Source of the DNA: Vicinamibacteria bacterium
GTDB taxonomy: Bacteria; Acidobacteriota; Vicinamibacteria; Marinacidobacterales; Marinacidobacteraceae
Reading direction: 5' to 3'
DNA length: 64,000 bases
Assembly: GCA_963422395.1 (NCBI GenBank)
Contig: OY729431.1
Span: forward strand, 1,184,001-1,248,000
Numbering within the stretch: the first letter of the stretch is position 1; the number at the start of each line of letters is the position of its first letter. Below, one piece after another: positions 20,357 to 30,399 of this stretch. The translations under genes were made by a program, and so were the position numbers. The notes under the pieces were generated by a model. The model was not told the origin of the DNA, ran no database searches, and saw only the letters and a list, made by a program, of their open reading frames with translations.

Positions 20357-21177
20357 ATGGCGTCGGGCGTTCTCGGGGGAAGAGTGAGGATGCCCCGCTC
20401 CCGAAGCGCCCGGCGCTGAGCGCCGCCCTCGAACAGGTGGATCAGGAGATCCTGGACGCCTGGGCGCGGCGGGACGCCATCACGGTGGCGATCGGGAGGG
20501 TGAAGCAGGAGTCCCGCCGGCCCATCCACGATTCCTCGCAGGAGGCGCGGGTCCTCGAAAGGGCCCGCGGCCTCGCCGCCGGCAGGGGCATCTCCCCCGA
20601 CCTCGCCGCGGCTTGATCTTCGACATCGTTCGGTCAAGGCGCCTCTCGCGCGTGGACTCGCCGCCCTGGTCGAGAGCGGCTGCCACGCGGCTTCGGTGCA
20701 TCCGATGTTCGGCCCGGATGCCCATGTCCTCCACGGCTGCCATGTGCTGGTCATGGATGCCGGCCGGTCGGAGGCCGCAGCCGAAGCCGCCTCTCGGTCT
20801 TCTCCGGCACCATGGCCGAGATCCTGTGCCTCCCGTTGGCGGAGCACGACCCGCTGATCGCCTATGTCCTCGGGCTCTCGCACGCCCTGAATCCGGCTTT
20901 CGTCACCGCCCTCATAGGGAGCGGGGAGCAGGCCCCGCGGCTCGCCCGGCTGTCCAGCGTCACCTTCGAACGCCAGCTGCGGGTCGCGGCGGCAGTCACC
21001 GGGGAGAACCCGCGCCTCTACTATGAGATCCAGCACTCCAATCCGCACGGCCCGGCGGCGATCCATCACCTCGCGGCCGCGGTTTCCCGCCTCGCTGCGG
21101 TCATCCACGATGACGACGAGGCTGCCTTCGTCCGCCTCATGAAGGCAGGGCGCGAGTACGTCCTCGGTCGCCGCTGA
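20357..21177 (+). pseudogene. tyrA: Degenerate chorismate mutase / prephenate dehydrogenase (T-protein)
   Basis: CM fragment LEQVDQEILDAWARR…IGRVK…EARVLERAR, then PDH fragments LIFDI/SVK, SVHPMFGP, EHDPLIAYVLGLSH in different frames; Rossmann GxGxxG segment absent. Confidence 0.75.
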
Positions 21178-21199
21178 CCCGCGGCGCAGACTCCTAGCG

Positions 21200-22612
21200 C
21201 TAGCGGAGTTCGGGTTCCTGGTTTGCCAGCAGGCGTCGCAGGGCTTGGACGGCGCGGACGGCTTCGGCGCCGGAAGCGAAGCCGCGGGGCCCGAAGGTGT
21301 CCTTCGAGGGCAGCCGCAGCAGGCCGAGCTGGACGGCGACCTGGGCGGCACTGCGGTTCCGGTGCCCCTCGGGCATGTCGGTGAGTTGTCGATCGGCGGC
21401 GTCGCGCTGTGCCCGGTGGAGCGCTTCGGGATCGAAGGCGCCGAGTGCGGCGCCGAGCGCAGCGGCGAGTTCGGCGCGGCTCACGAAGGCACGCGGCTTG
21501 AAGGTGTGGTCGGGAAACAGCCGCAGGTATCCAGCGCCGAGTGCCGTCCGGATGAGGTTCGCCGCCCAGCTGCGTTCGATGTCGATGGCGATCCGGAGGT
21601 CCGGGCGTTCGGGTTCCGGCGCCTCGGGCGCGCCGAGTTCCGCTGACAGGATCGCCGCGAGCTGTTCGCGGGTGACCCGTTCGGCTTCGCGGATCCGGTC
21701 GTACCGCTCCGCGACGCGGGCGATTTCGAGGCGGCGTTCGAGTGCGCTCGCGCGGTCCGTCAGGTCGGCCAGTTTCCGGAGGCCCGGTTCGGCGAGGACC
21801 CGGTCGAGGCGGACGAGGCTCTCCGAGAGCAGGCCCGCGTCGGCCAGCAGCTCCGCGCCGGCGATGCGGGCGGTGAGCGCCTGGCGTTCGCTGGCCGAAG
21901 CGAGCGCCGGCACCGAGTCGAACCACTCCCGGGCGATCAGCACGCTGCCTCCGGCGGACGCTGCCTCGGCGGCTTCGAGGAGCAGATCGGCGGAATCCGG
22001 GATCACCTCGAGGGCCGCCCGATACGCGTCGGCGACTGTCGGATCCCCGCGGTCCCGGGCAGCAGTCTCGCGGGCGCGGCGCAGGCGGCGCTCAGCGACC
22101 TCCAGCGTGAGCGCCGGGAGCCGCTCGGCGACGATTACGGCATCGGGTTCGATTCCGGCGAGCCGCCGAAGCCTCCGGAACATGCTCTCGGGGTCTTCCT
22201 CGCCGAGGACTACCAGAACCTGTCCGAGCGCCGCGAAGCCATCCCCGGGCACCGCTTCGAGAGCCCGCCCGAAGAGGGAATCGGCATCCTCCCGCCGGCC
22301 GGCCCGGAGCGCGAGGAACCCGTCGACTCCGAGCACGCCCGAATCGCCGGGAGCGGTCTCGCGAAGCGGAGCGAGCGCCCGGTCGGCCTCTCCGAGCCTT
22401 CCTTCGACGACGAGCCGCCATCCTTCGTGGAGCGCGGCCCGGGCGGCTTCGGTCAACCCCGCTCCTGCTGTCGGGCGCCGCGGCGCCGCATGGTGAAAGC
22501 CGTCGAGCGGGACTGTCGGAATCACCGGCGCCGGGCGCGGCCCGCAAGCGGCGCCGACGATCGCAAGGCCGGCCAGAATGCAGAGCGCGGCAGCGCCGTG
22601 TTTGGGCAGCAT
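21200..22612 (-). CDS. TPR lipoprotein with C-terminal SLH-like domains
   Basis: Lipobox-like GAAC; TPR-like helices; SLH motifs FPDHTFKPRAFVSRAELA, TFGPRGFASGAEA. Confidence 0.75.
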   Translation of the reverse strand: MLPKHGAAALCILAGLAIVGAACGPRPAPVIPTVPLDGFHHAAPRRPTAGAGLTEAARAALHEGWRLVVEGRLGEADRALAPLRETAPGDSGVLGVDGFLALRAGRREDADSLFGRALEAVPGDGFAALGQVLVVLGEEDPESMFRRLRRLAGIEPDAVIVAERLPALTLEVAERRLRRARETAARDRGDPTVADAYRAALEVIPDSADLLLEAAEAASAGGSVLIAREWFDSVPALASASERQALTARIAGAELLADAGLLSESLVRLDRVLAEPGLRKLADLTDRASALERRLEIARVAERYDRIREAERVTREQLAAILSAELGAPEAPEPERPDLRIAIDIERSWAANLIRTALGAGYLRLFPDHTFKPRAFVSRAELAAALGAALGAFDPEALHRAQRDAADRQLTDMPEGHRNRSAAQVAVQLGLLRLPSKDTFGPRGFASGAEAVRAVQALRRLLANQEPELR

Positions 22613-22773
22613 CCTTCCGAGTCTATCCAAGCAGCTCGGAGAGAAAGCCCCCGCTTCGCCAGCAGGCGCAAGTGAGGCAAAGCGCTGAGGCGGCGGCCCG
22701 GCAGGGCGGTTCCCTGCTCGGTTTCCGGAGAGTGCGCCCCGGAAGCCTCGAACGACCGGAATAGAATCGGGGG

Positions 22774-23679
22774 ATGCGTTCCCTCCTGCTCTTCGTCTCT
22801 CCTTTTCTCGCCACTCTCTTCCTGGCTCCGGCACTCGCCGCTCCGCAGGCGGAAGAAGATGCCGAGCGGCGGATTCTCGTGCATGTCGCGAACACCCTGC
22901 AGCCTGGCGAGAGGCTGCTGCTCTCGGAGCTCGTCGAGCGGTTTCAGGCGCCCGAAGAACAGCGGGCGCTCGATCGACTGAACGATGTCTTTTTTCGCAC
23001 TCCGTTGTTCCTGGTCGAGTTCGAAGGCCGCGAGGGGCGGCTGCCGACGCTCGGCGAAATCGCCGGGCAGTTCTCGCTCTACGGTGAGGAGGCAGCCGAC
23101 ATCGTGCTGCGGATCATGGAATCGGATCCACGGGTGCCGAAGTTCCTCGTGCGGGATGGAGAAGGAAAGCTGGTCTCGATCGACCAGGAGCTGGTGCGGG
23201 CCGACGAACGGTTTGCGCGCGCCGTGAGCCGGAGCCTGACCGGCTGGGAGGGCCGCAGCCTGCCGGCCATCGTCGGCGAGCGGTTCGGGGGCGGCGAAGC
23301 AGCGGTGGCCGACCTGATGGACGATGCCACCCTGGTCTATGTGTGGTTCACGAACTGCCCTCCCTGCGTCCAGATCGCGCCGGTGCTCCAGGCGCTCCAC
23401 GAGGACCTCGGAAGCGACGGGCTCGCGATCATCGGTCTGAACGCCGACCGGGTTCTCAAACTGCCCTTCGGGGACGAAGACCGTGCCGCGCACCAGGAGA
23501 AAGGCGGGGTCACCTTCGAAAATCTCCACTTGCGAGCGGAAGACCGCGCCGCCCTCGGCAATGTGAACATCTTTCCGACCCTGTTCCTCGCCTCGCGCGA
23601 TGGAACGGTCGCCCGGCACTTCGTGAACTTCCAGGCGCGCGAGGAACTCGAACCCGAAATCCTCGCACTGCTGCAATAG
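22774..23679 (+). CDS. TlpA/ResA-like thiol-disulfide oxidoreductase with N-terminal extension
   Basis: Signal peptide; VWFTNCPPC; IFPTLFL..RDG. Confidence 0.85.
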   Translation: MRSLLLFVSPFLATLFLAPALAAPQAEEDAERRILVHVANTLQPGERLLLSELVERFQAPEEQRALDRLNDVFFRTPLFLVEFEGREGRLPTLGEIAGQFSLYGEEAADIVLRIMESDPRVPKFLVRDGEGKLVSIDQELVRADERFARAVSRSLTGWEGRSLPAIVGERFGGGEAAVADLMDDATLVYVWFTNCPPCVQIAPVLQALHEDLGSDGLAIIGLNADRVLKLPFGDEDRAAHQEKGGVTFENLHLRAEDRAALGNVNIFPTLFLASRDGTVARHFVNFQAREELEPEILALLQ

Positions 23680-23794
23680 TTCTGGCAGCCGCTGCTCGCG
23701 GCCGCTGTGCCCCGGGTTCGACGATGGATAGCGGAAGGATGGGGGCCGTCCCTGCCTTGCAGAAGGCCCGGGTGCGAGGACCTCTCTCGTGGCC

Positions 23795-24258
23795 GGGCGC
23801 GGCGCAGCGGGGGAAAGTGTGAAAGGGGGGTTTCCCCCGTTCACGAGATGGTGGCTCAGAATCCGAACTGGCTGCCTGTGGCAGGAGTTCGGATTCCGGC
23901 GCGAAGCGCCGGGCGGTTCGGGAGCGGTGCGTCTCGCTCATCCCGCTCGCCCCATGGGAGTTAGACACGCTACGGCATCACGCCCCGCTCGAGGGTCTCG
24001 ATCCTCATCTGTGGCCGGAAAAACGTCTGTTGCGCCCGAGCCTCAGGATCGGGCGCGGCGCAGCGGGGGAAAGTGTGAAAGGGGGGTTTCCCCCCGTTCA
24101 CGAGATGGTGGCTCAGAATCCGAACTGGCTGCCTGTGGCAGGAGTTCGGATTCCGGCGCGAAGCGCCGGGCGGTTCGGGAGCGGTGCGTCTCGCTCATCC
24201 CGCTCGCCCCATGGGAGTTAGACACGCTACGGCATCACGCCCCGCTCCCGAACCGCTC
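23795..24258. repeat. Tandem structured repeat array A (~256-bp unit, ~1.8 copies)
   Basis: GGGCGCGGCGCAGCGGGGGAAAGTGTGAAAGG… recurs at 23795 and 24051, near-identical for ~195 bp; homologous to 63090-63730. Confidence 0.92.
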
Positions 24259-24267
24259 AGCTCTGAG

Positions 24268-24296
24268 TTGACAAAATATCACTCATATCTTATAGT
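24268..24296 (+). promoter_or_regulatory. Sigma70-type dnaK promoter with overlapping inverted repeats
   Basis: TTGACA (24268-73), 17-bp spacer, TATAGT (24291-96); TGAGT-N12-ACTCA and TAGTTG-N4-CAACTA overlap it. Confidence 0.8.
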
Positions 24297-24363
24297 TGCG
24301 TCCAACTAAGGGCCGGGTCGTCCCGGTTCAGTATTCGTTTTCGATTCAGGAGTTCCAAGGCGC

Positions 24364-26289
24364 ATGAGCAAGATCATCGGTATCGATCTGGGTACCACGA
24401 ACTCGGTCGTCGCGGTGATGGAGGGTGGGCAGCCCACCATCATCCCGAACGCCGAGGGGGGGCGAACCACCGCCTCGGTAGTGGGAATCGCCAAGTCCGG
24501 CGAACGGCTCGTCGGGGAGGTGGCGAAGCGGCAGGCCATCACCAACCCCGAGAACACCGTCTTCTCCATCAAGCGCTTCATGGGGCGGCGTTACGACGAG
24601 GCCCAGGAGGAACGGGGGACGGCTCCCTACGAAATCATCCGCAAGGACGACGGCATCGAAGTGTCGATGAGCGGCAAGGGCTACAGCCCGCCAGAAATCT
24701 CGGCCATGGTGCTGCAGAAGATGAAGGCGTCCGCCGAGAAGTACCTCGGCGAGACCGTTGAGCGGGCGGTCATCACCGTCCCGGCCTACTTCAACGATTC
24801 GCAGCGGCAGGCCACCAAGGACGCCGGCGAAATCGCCGGACTCGAGGTCGTGCGCATCGTGAACGAGCCCACCGCGGCCGCGCTCGCCTACGGCCTCGAG
24901 AAGCAGAAGAGCGAGAAGATCGCGGTTTACGACTTCGGCGGCGGGACCTTCGACATCTCGATCCTCGAGGTCGGAGAGGGGGTGGTGGAGGTTCGTTCCA
25001 CGAATGGAGACACCTACCTCGGCGGAGACGACCTCGACAAGCGGGTGCGCGAATGGATCGTCGCCGAGTTTCTGAGGTCTGAGGGGATCGACCTCAGCGC
25101 CGATCGGATGGCGTTCCAGCGGCTCACCGACGCCGCCGAGAAGGCCAAGGTCGAGCTCTCGACCACTCACGAGACGGAGATCAACCTGCCGTTCATCACC
25201 GCCGACGCCTCCGGGCCGAAGCATCTGGTGCTGACTCTCTCCCGATCGCGGCTCGAGTCCCTGATCGGCGAACTCCTGGAGCGGACCCGCAAGCCCTGCC
25301 AGCAGGCGATCGAGGACGCCGGGCTCGGCGGGAGTTCCGTCGATCAGGTGGTGCTCGTCGGTGGCACGACTCGGATCCCGCGGGTCCAGCAACTCGCGGA
25401 GGAGATCTTCGGAGTCGAACCGCACCAAGGGGTGAACCCGGACGAGGTCGTCGCTCTCGGCGCCGCGATCCAGGCGGGAGTGCTCGGGGGCGAAGTCAAG
25501 GACCTGCTGCTGCTCGATGTCACCCCGCTGTCGCTCGGCATCGAGACTCTCGGCGGGGTCTTCACGCCGCTCATCGAGCGAAACACCACGATCCCGCATC
25601 GGGCCAGCAATGTCTTCTCGACCGCTAGCGACAACCAGACCGAGGTCGAGGTCCATGTGCTCCAGGGCGAGCGGTCCATGGCTTCCGACAACCGAACCCT
25701 CGGGAAGTTCAAACTGGTGGGGATTCCGCCGGCGCCGCGCGGGGTTCCGCAGGTCGATGTGGCCTTCGACATCGATGCCAACGGCATCGTGAATGTCTCG
25801 GCGAAGGACCAGGCGACCGGGCGGGAGGAGGCGATCACCATCACCGCCTCGAGCGGACTCAGCAAGGACGAGATCGAGACGATGAAAGCCGAAGCGGCCT
25901 CCAACGAAGACGCGGACCGGCAGCGCCGCGAGGATGTCGAGTTCCGGAACGAAACCGATGCCCTCGCCCACCAGGTCGAGAAGCTGCTGGAAGAAAACCG
26001 CGAAAAGATCGAAGGTTCCGATGCGGACACGATCGGCAAGGCGGTGTCGGCGGCGCGCGCGGCGCTCAAGGACGGCGACATGGACCGAATTCGCTCCGCC
26101 CGGGCCGAGCTGGAGAAGGCGAGCCACCGGCTCGCGGAAGTCATGTACCGGAAGACTTCGGGCTCCGGGGAAGAGGCTGCCTCAGATGCCCCGCCGCCCC
26201 CGCCGCCTCCACCCGGCGGTAAGAAGAGCAAGGGGAACGGCGCCGCCGACGGCGACATCATCGACGCCGAGGTGGTAGGAGACAACTGA
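24364..26289 (+). CDS. dnaK: Molecular chaperone DnaK
   Basis: [44 protein letters not shown]. Confidence 0.98.
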   Translation: MSKIIGIDLGTTNSVVAVMEGGQPTIIPNAEGGRTTASVVGIAKSGERLVGEVAKRQAITNPENTVFSIKRFMGRRYDEAQEERGTAPYEIIRKDDGIEVSMSGKGYSPPEISAMVLQKMKASAEKYLGETVERAVITVPAYFNDSQRQATKDAGEIAGLEVVRIVNEPTAAALAYGLEKQKSEKIAVYDFGGGTFDISILEVGEGVVEVRSTNGDTYLGGDDLDKRVREWIVAEFLRSEGIDLSADRMAFQRLTDAAEKAKVELSTTHETEINLPFITADASGPKHLVLTLSRSRLESLIGELLERTRKPCQQAIEDAGLGGSSVDQVVLVGGTTRIPRVQQLAEEIFGVEPHQGVNPDEVVALGAAIQAGVLGGEVKDLLLLDVTPLSLGIETLGGVFTPLIERNTTIPHRASNVFSTASDNQTEVEVHVLQGERSMASDNRTLGKFKLVGIPPAPRGVPQVDVAFDIDANGIVNVSAKDQATGREEAITITASSGLSKDEIETMKAEAASNEDADRQRREDVEFRNETDALAHQVEKLLEENREKIEGSDADTIGKAVSAARAALKDGDMDRIRSARAELEKASHRLAEVMYRKTSGSGEEAASDAPPPPPPPPGGKKSKGNGAADGDIIDAEVVGDN

Positions 26290-26333
26290 GGGGTCGTGGG
26301 CGCCGCGCCCTCCGTCAGCAGTATCCCCGGAGG

Positions 26334-27491
26334 ATGAGCAGCCGGCCGAAGACCAGCCCCGGCGGCGCGGACTACTACGCCGTGCTGGGGGTGGTGCGCA
26401 CTTCCGACACCGCCCGAATCCGCCAGGCGTACCGGCGGCTGGCGCGCCGGATGCATCCGGACCTGAACCCGAACGACCGAACTGCCCGGGAGCGCTACCA
26501 GGAGATCCAGCGGGCCTGGGAAGTGCTCGGCGATCCGGAGCGGCGCGCCGAGTACGACCGCTGGGGCAGCCGCGAACCCGCTCCCGCGGTGGTGACCCAG
26601 GTGCACTACGGCTTCGCCGGCTTCGATTTCGGCGGCGACCCGGCCACCGATTCCGGGGCGCTCCACGAGATCTTCGACAGCCGCGGCGAGCCGGACCCGG
26701 GGGAGCCGGAAGCTGCTGCGGACATCCATGCCAGAGTGAGGGTCTCGTTCCTCGAATCGCTGGAAGGCAAGCAGATTCGGTTGCGGGCGGTACGGCAGGA
26801 GACCTGCGAACCCTGCGGCGGTCGCGGCGAACAGCCCGTCGGCGGATCGTTTCTCGACAGTGGAGCCGGTTGTCCGGCCTGCTCCGGGTCGGGACGGCGC
26901 ACCCGCCGGTACGGCCACATGGTGTTCGTGCGTCCCTGCCGGCGGTGTAATGGACAGGGAGTGCTGCTCCATGTCGCCTGCCGCCGGTGCGGCGGGAGCG
27001 GGCGCTGCGCCCGTCCGGCCCGGCTCATCGCCCGGCTTCCCGCTGGAGTGGCCGATGGCGCCACGATCCAGGTGGAGGGCAAGGGGCACCACCGGGGCCC
27101 GGGAGAGCCTCCCGGCGATCTCCAGCTCCATGTGGAGGTGGCTCCGCATCCGGTGCTCGAACGCCGCGGCGACAACCTCATCTGCCCTTTGCCGCTGACC
27201 CTCGCCGAGGCGGTGCTCGGCGGCCGGATCGAAGTGCCGACGCTCTCCGGGCCGGTCACGGTGCGCCTGCCGCCGGGAGTCCAGCCCGGTACCCGCGTCC
27301 GGCTCGCCGGCCGCGGCGTTCCCTCGACCCGGGGGGATGCGCGCGGCGACCTCTTTCTCGAGGTGCGGATCCACATTCCGGAGATCCGTGACGACCGGTC
27401 GCGGGATCTGGTGCGGGAGCTTTCGGCTCGTTATCCCGAGTCCCCCCGGGATGCTCTCCGTGAGAAGCTTCGGCCGGAGGATTCCCGATGA
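26334..27491 (+). CDS. dnaJ: DnaJ-class co-chaperone with zinc fingers
   Basis: J-domain HPD; four CxxCxGxG repeats; DnaJ C-terminal domain. Confidence 0.92.
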   Translation: MSSRPKTSPGGADYYAVLGVVRTSDTARIRQAYRRLARRMHPDLNPNDRTARERYQEIQRAWEVLGDPERRAEYDRWGSREPAPAVVTQVHYGFAGFDFGGDPATDSGALHEIFDSRGEPDPGEPEAAADIHARVRVSFLESLEGKQIRLRAVRQETCEPCGGRGEQPVGGSFLDSGAGCPACSGSGRRTRRYGHMVFVRPCRRCNGQGVLLHVACRRCGGSGRCARPARLIARLPAGVADGATIQVEGKGHHRGPGEPPGDLQLHVEVAPHPVLERRGDNLICPLPLTLAEAVLGGRIEVPTLSGPVTVRLPPGVQPGTRVRLAGRGVPSTRGDARGDLFLEVRIHIPEIRDDRSRDLVRELSARYPESPRDALREKLRPEDSR

Positions 27492-27901
27492 GCGCGGAAC
27501 GCCGCCGGGGCGTGTACATGATCAGCGCCGTCGCCGAGATCTGCGGCGTCCACCCGCAGACGCTCCGACTCTACGAACGCGAGGGACTCCTCCGGCCCTC
27601 GCGCACCGAGGGGAACACCCGGGTGTACACCGATGAGGATCTCGAGCGACTGCGGACGATCCTCAACCTGCGGGAGCTCGGGGTGAATCTGGCCGGCGTG
27701 GACATCATCCTCGACATGCGCCGCAAGATGGAACGCATGCAGGAGGAGATCGCCCAATTCACCGAGTTCATCCACCGGGAACTGGCGCGGGAGGAGAGCG
27801 CGCTCAGCGAAAGGACCAGGAACGCGCTGGTCAGACTTCCCCGGCAGGACATGGTGCGCGTTGCCGAGGCGCCGGGGAAGGACGACGCCGCCGGAAGATA
27901 G
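27488..27901 (+). CDS. hspR: MerR-family heat-shock repressor HspR-like
   Basis: YMISAVAE..GVHPQTLRLYEREGLLRPSRTEGNTRVY, GVNLAGV; directly after dnaJ. Confidence 0.88.
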   Translation: MSAERRRGVYMISAVAEICGVHPQTLRLYEREGLLRPSRTEGNTRVYTDEDLERLRTILNLRELGVNLAGVDIILDMRRKMERMQEEIAQFTEFIHRELAREESALSERTRNALVRLPRQDMVRVAEAPGKDDAAGR

Positions 27902-27923
27902 AGCCTGCCGGCAGAGAACATCG

Positions 27924-28661
27924 TTGCCGAAGAAGGAACGCTGTCCCGACTGCGCCGGTACCCGCTGGAAGCCGGCGGTCGGCCCGAACGGATCGAGCGG
28001 AGTCGAGCCCTGCCATTGCCGGCCATCGGCTCCGGTTCCAGCGAGCCTTGCCGAAGTCGGAGTGCCGCTGCGCTTTCGCGACAATGCCCGCTTCGAATAT
28101 TTCGACGAGAAGATCTCCGAGGATCTTCGGCGCGCCAAGCAGACGGTGCGGAAGTGGGCTGACGCCTATCCCGATGTGGAGACGGGGCTCGTGCTCACCG
28201 GTCCTGCCGGAGTCGGCAAGACGCATCTCGCGGTTGCAGTGCTCCGCCGCATCCTCCTGGAGCGAAAGATCTCTGCCCGCGTGGGCTTTTTGTATCTCCC
28301 GCAGTTTCTCCGAGACGGGCAAGGGAGCCGGCGGGAGGTCTTGGAGGCGGAAAGACGCTGCATCGAATGGGCCGCCAGGGCCGAGATCCTGGTGTTCGAC
28401 CAGCTCGGCGCCGATATGGCGAGCCGCTTCGGCCAGGAACGAGAAGAAAAGCTCCTCTATCTCCTGACCCGGTGCTTCAACAACGGAGTTCTGCTCCTCT
28501 GCACTACCGTCTATCCGTTCGAAGCCTCGGCCTATCAGCCGGCGCTCTCCGAGCGGATCACCCACCGCGCGGTTTCGCTGCTGCGGGAGGCATGTCGGAC
28601 GGTGCCCATCGTCGGCCAGGACTACCGCGATACTGTCTTGCGCCATGGGCTGGGCGTCTGA
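27924..28661 (+). CDS. DnaC/IstB-like ATP-binding protein with N-terminal Cys cluster
   Basis: CPDCxG…PCHC; Walker A GPAGVGKT; Walker B-like LVFDQLG; C-terminal GQDYR; start uncertain. Confidence 0.8.
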   Translation: MPKKERCPDCAGTRWKPAVGPNGSSGVEPCHCRPSAPVPASLAEVGVPLRFRDNARFEYFDEKISEDLRRAKQTVRKWADAYPDVETGLVLTGPAGVGKTHLAVAVLRRILLERKISARVGFLYLPQFLRDGQGSRREVLEAERRCIEWAARAEILVFDQLGADMASRFGQEREEKLLYLLTRCFNNGVLLLCTTVYPFEASAYQPALSERITHRAVSLLREACRTVPIVGQDYRDTVLRHGLGV

Positions 28662-28703
28662 ACGCCCGGCGGACCGCTTCGCATCCCCAAAGGAGATCCG
28701 GCA

Positions 28704-29525
28704 ATGCGCCTTCTTTTCCCTTCCTTCGCTCTCGTCAGCGTGCTGCCGCTCGCCGCGGCCGCCCAGGGCCCGGCGCCCGACAAGCCGCGGCCGATCCCCA
28801 TCCGGGACAGCGTCTTCATCGAGGACCTCACCTGGATGGAAGTCCGCGACCTGATCGCCGCCGGGAAAACCACCGCCATCGTGGCCAGCGGCGGCGTGGA
28901 ACAGAACGGACCATACCTGGTCACCGGCAAGCACAATGTCCTGTTGCGCGGCGTCACCGAAGCGATCGCCCGCGACCTGGGCGACGCGCTCGTGGCACCC
29001 ATCCTGAAGCTGGTGCCGGAGGGGGACTTCGATCCCCCGAGCGGGCACATGCGCTATCCCGGAACCGTGGGGCTCAGCGAAGAGACCTTCCGAGCCGTGG
29101 TGCGGGATGTCTGCCGCAGCCTCCGCGCCAGCGGCTTCGCCGACATCGTCCTGATCGGCGACAGCGGCGGCAATCAGGCCGGGATGAAGGCGGTCGCCGA
29201 GGAACTGAATGCCGCGTGGGCCGGCGCTCCCGGCGTCCACTACATCCCGGAGTACTACGACTACTCCGGACTCCAGACCTGGCTCGCCGACCGCGGGATC
29301 GAGCAGACCCCCGAGGGGATCCACGACGACTACGCCATCACGGCGATGATGGCGGCGGTGGACCAGAACTCGATCCGCGCCTCGGAACGCCGCCAAGCCG
29401 ACCTCTTCTCGATCAACGGGGTCGAGGTGGACCCCCTCGACGAGACCAGGTCCTGGGGGCGCCAGCTCTTCCGCTACCGTGCCGAAGTCACGGTTCGGGC
29501 CATTCGCGACGCGATCGGTCGGTGA
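28704..29525 (+). CDS. Creatininase-family amidohydrolase, exported
   Basis: EDLTWMEV, GGVEQNGP, PGTV, GDSGGN; signal peptide. Confidence 0.85.
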   Translation: MRLLFPSFALVSVLPLAAAAQGPAPDKPRPIPIRDSVFIEDLTWMEVRDLIAAGKTTAIVASGGVEQNGPYLVTGKHNVLLRGVTEAIARDLGDALVAPILKLVPEGDFDPPSGHMRYPGTVGLSEETFRAVVRDVCRSLRASGFADIVLIGDSGGNQAGMKAVAEELNAAWAGAPGVHYIPEYYDYSGLQTWLADRGIEQTPEGIHDDYAITAMMAAVDQNSIRASERRQADLFSINGVEVDPLDETRSWGRQLFRYRAEVTVRAIRDAIGR

Positions 29526-29568
29526 GCGCTCCGGGCGCGCGGCGCCCGAGGCCCTCTGTCTGACGCAC

Positions 29569-29590
29569 CGCTCCCCCTCCGGGGGGAGCG
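29569..29590. terminator. GC hairpin between convergent genes
   Basis: CGCTCCCC…GGGGAGCG inverted repeat. Confidence 0.35.
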
Positions 29591-29603
29591 CGCTTCCCTT
29601 TTC

Positions 29604-30341
29604 TCAGCGACTCTTCCCGGAGCGGTCGAGGATCGCCGCGCGGCGCACCTGCGACTCTTCGGAACACCAGGAGTCGAGGAACCGCTCGCGGTTTTCGGCG
29701 CGGCTCTCGGCGGCGCGGGCCGCGAACTCCCTCCGGAGTTCTCGTTTCGTGTGGACATACGCCTCGCGCGGCAGCGCGCCGAGCTCTTCCGCCCGCTCTG
29801 CGGCACGGACGAGGAGCCCATCTGCCGGCGCGAGTTCATGGAGGAAACCGCTCCTCACCGCTTCCCCGGGGCCCGTCAGCCTCCCTCGGAGGAGCACTTC
29901 CGCAGTGCGGGACGGCGCGATGGCGCAGCGGAGGATTTCGAAGGCGGCCGCCGGGAAGATGACCCCCAGCTGGACCTCGGACACGCCGATCCGGTAGTCC
30001 CCTTCGGCGCCGATTCGGACATCGCTCGCGGCGGCGAGGATCGCCCCCCCGGCTACGGCGTGCCCGTTCACTGCAGCTACGGTCGGGCAGGGGAACCGGA
30101 AGAGCCGGAGCAGCAGATCCTCGAAGGCGTCCACGAACTCTCCGAGCTCTGTCCGGTCGGTGGGCAGTCCGGCGAGATCGAGGCCGGCGGAAAAGAAGCC
30201 ACCCGCCCCGGTCAGGACCAGCGGCCGACCGGCTGCTTCCGCCTCATCGAGGCTTTCGGCGAGCCGGGAAAGGAGGAGGGGGCCGATGGCGTTCGCGCGG
30301 CCGTGGCGAAGCGCCGCCACCACCGCCCGGTGCCGGGGCAT
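29604..30341 (-). CDS. Enoyl-CoA hydratase/isomerase family protein
   Basis: ANAI, FSAGLDL, AAVNGHAVAGG, SEVQLG. Confidence 0.9.
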   Translation of the reverse strand: MPRHRAVVAALRHGRANAIGPLLLSRLAESLDEAEAAGRPLVLTGAGGFFSAGLDLAGLPTDRTELGEFVDAFEDLLLRLFRFPCPTVAAVNGHAVAGGAILAAASDVRIGAEGDYRIGVSEVQLGVIFPAAAFEILRCAIAPSRTAEVLLRGRLTGPGEAVRSGFLHELAPADGLLVRAAERAEELGALPREAYVHTKRELRREFAARAAESRAENRERFLDSWCSEESQVRRAAILDRSGKSR

Positions 30342-30399
30342 CGCGCGCTATTCGGACGGCTGTTTTCGACGGCTACTCGAGAATCTATCCGTCGAGAAC

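Noticed and set aside
23510-24271. ORFs inside repeat array A (and 62888-63774 in array B)
   Set aside because: They are repeated translations of the DNA repeat with no SD or protein motif, so most likely non-coding.
24346-26127. 593-aa antisense ORF opposite dnaK
   Set aside because: Well-known shadow ORF of hsp70 genes caused by codon bias.
27924-28661. IS21 element based on the IstB-like ATPase
   Set aside because: No IstA transposase or terminal repeats; embedded in a housekeeping operon.
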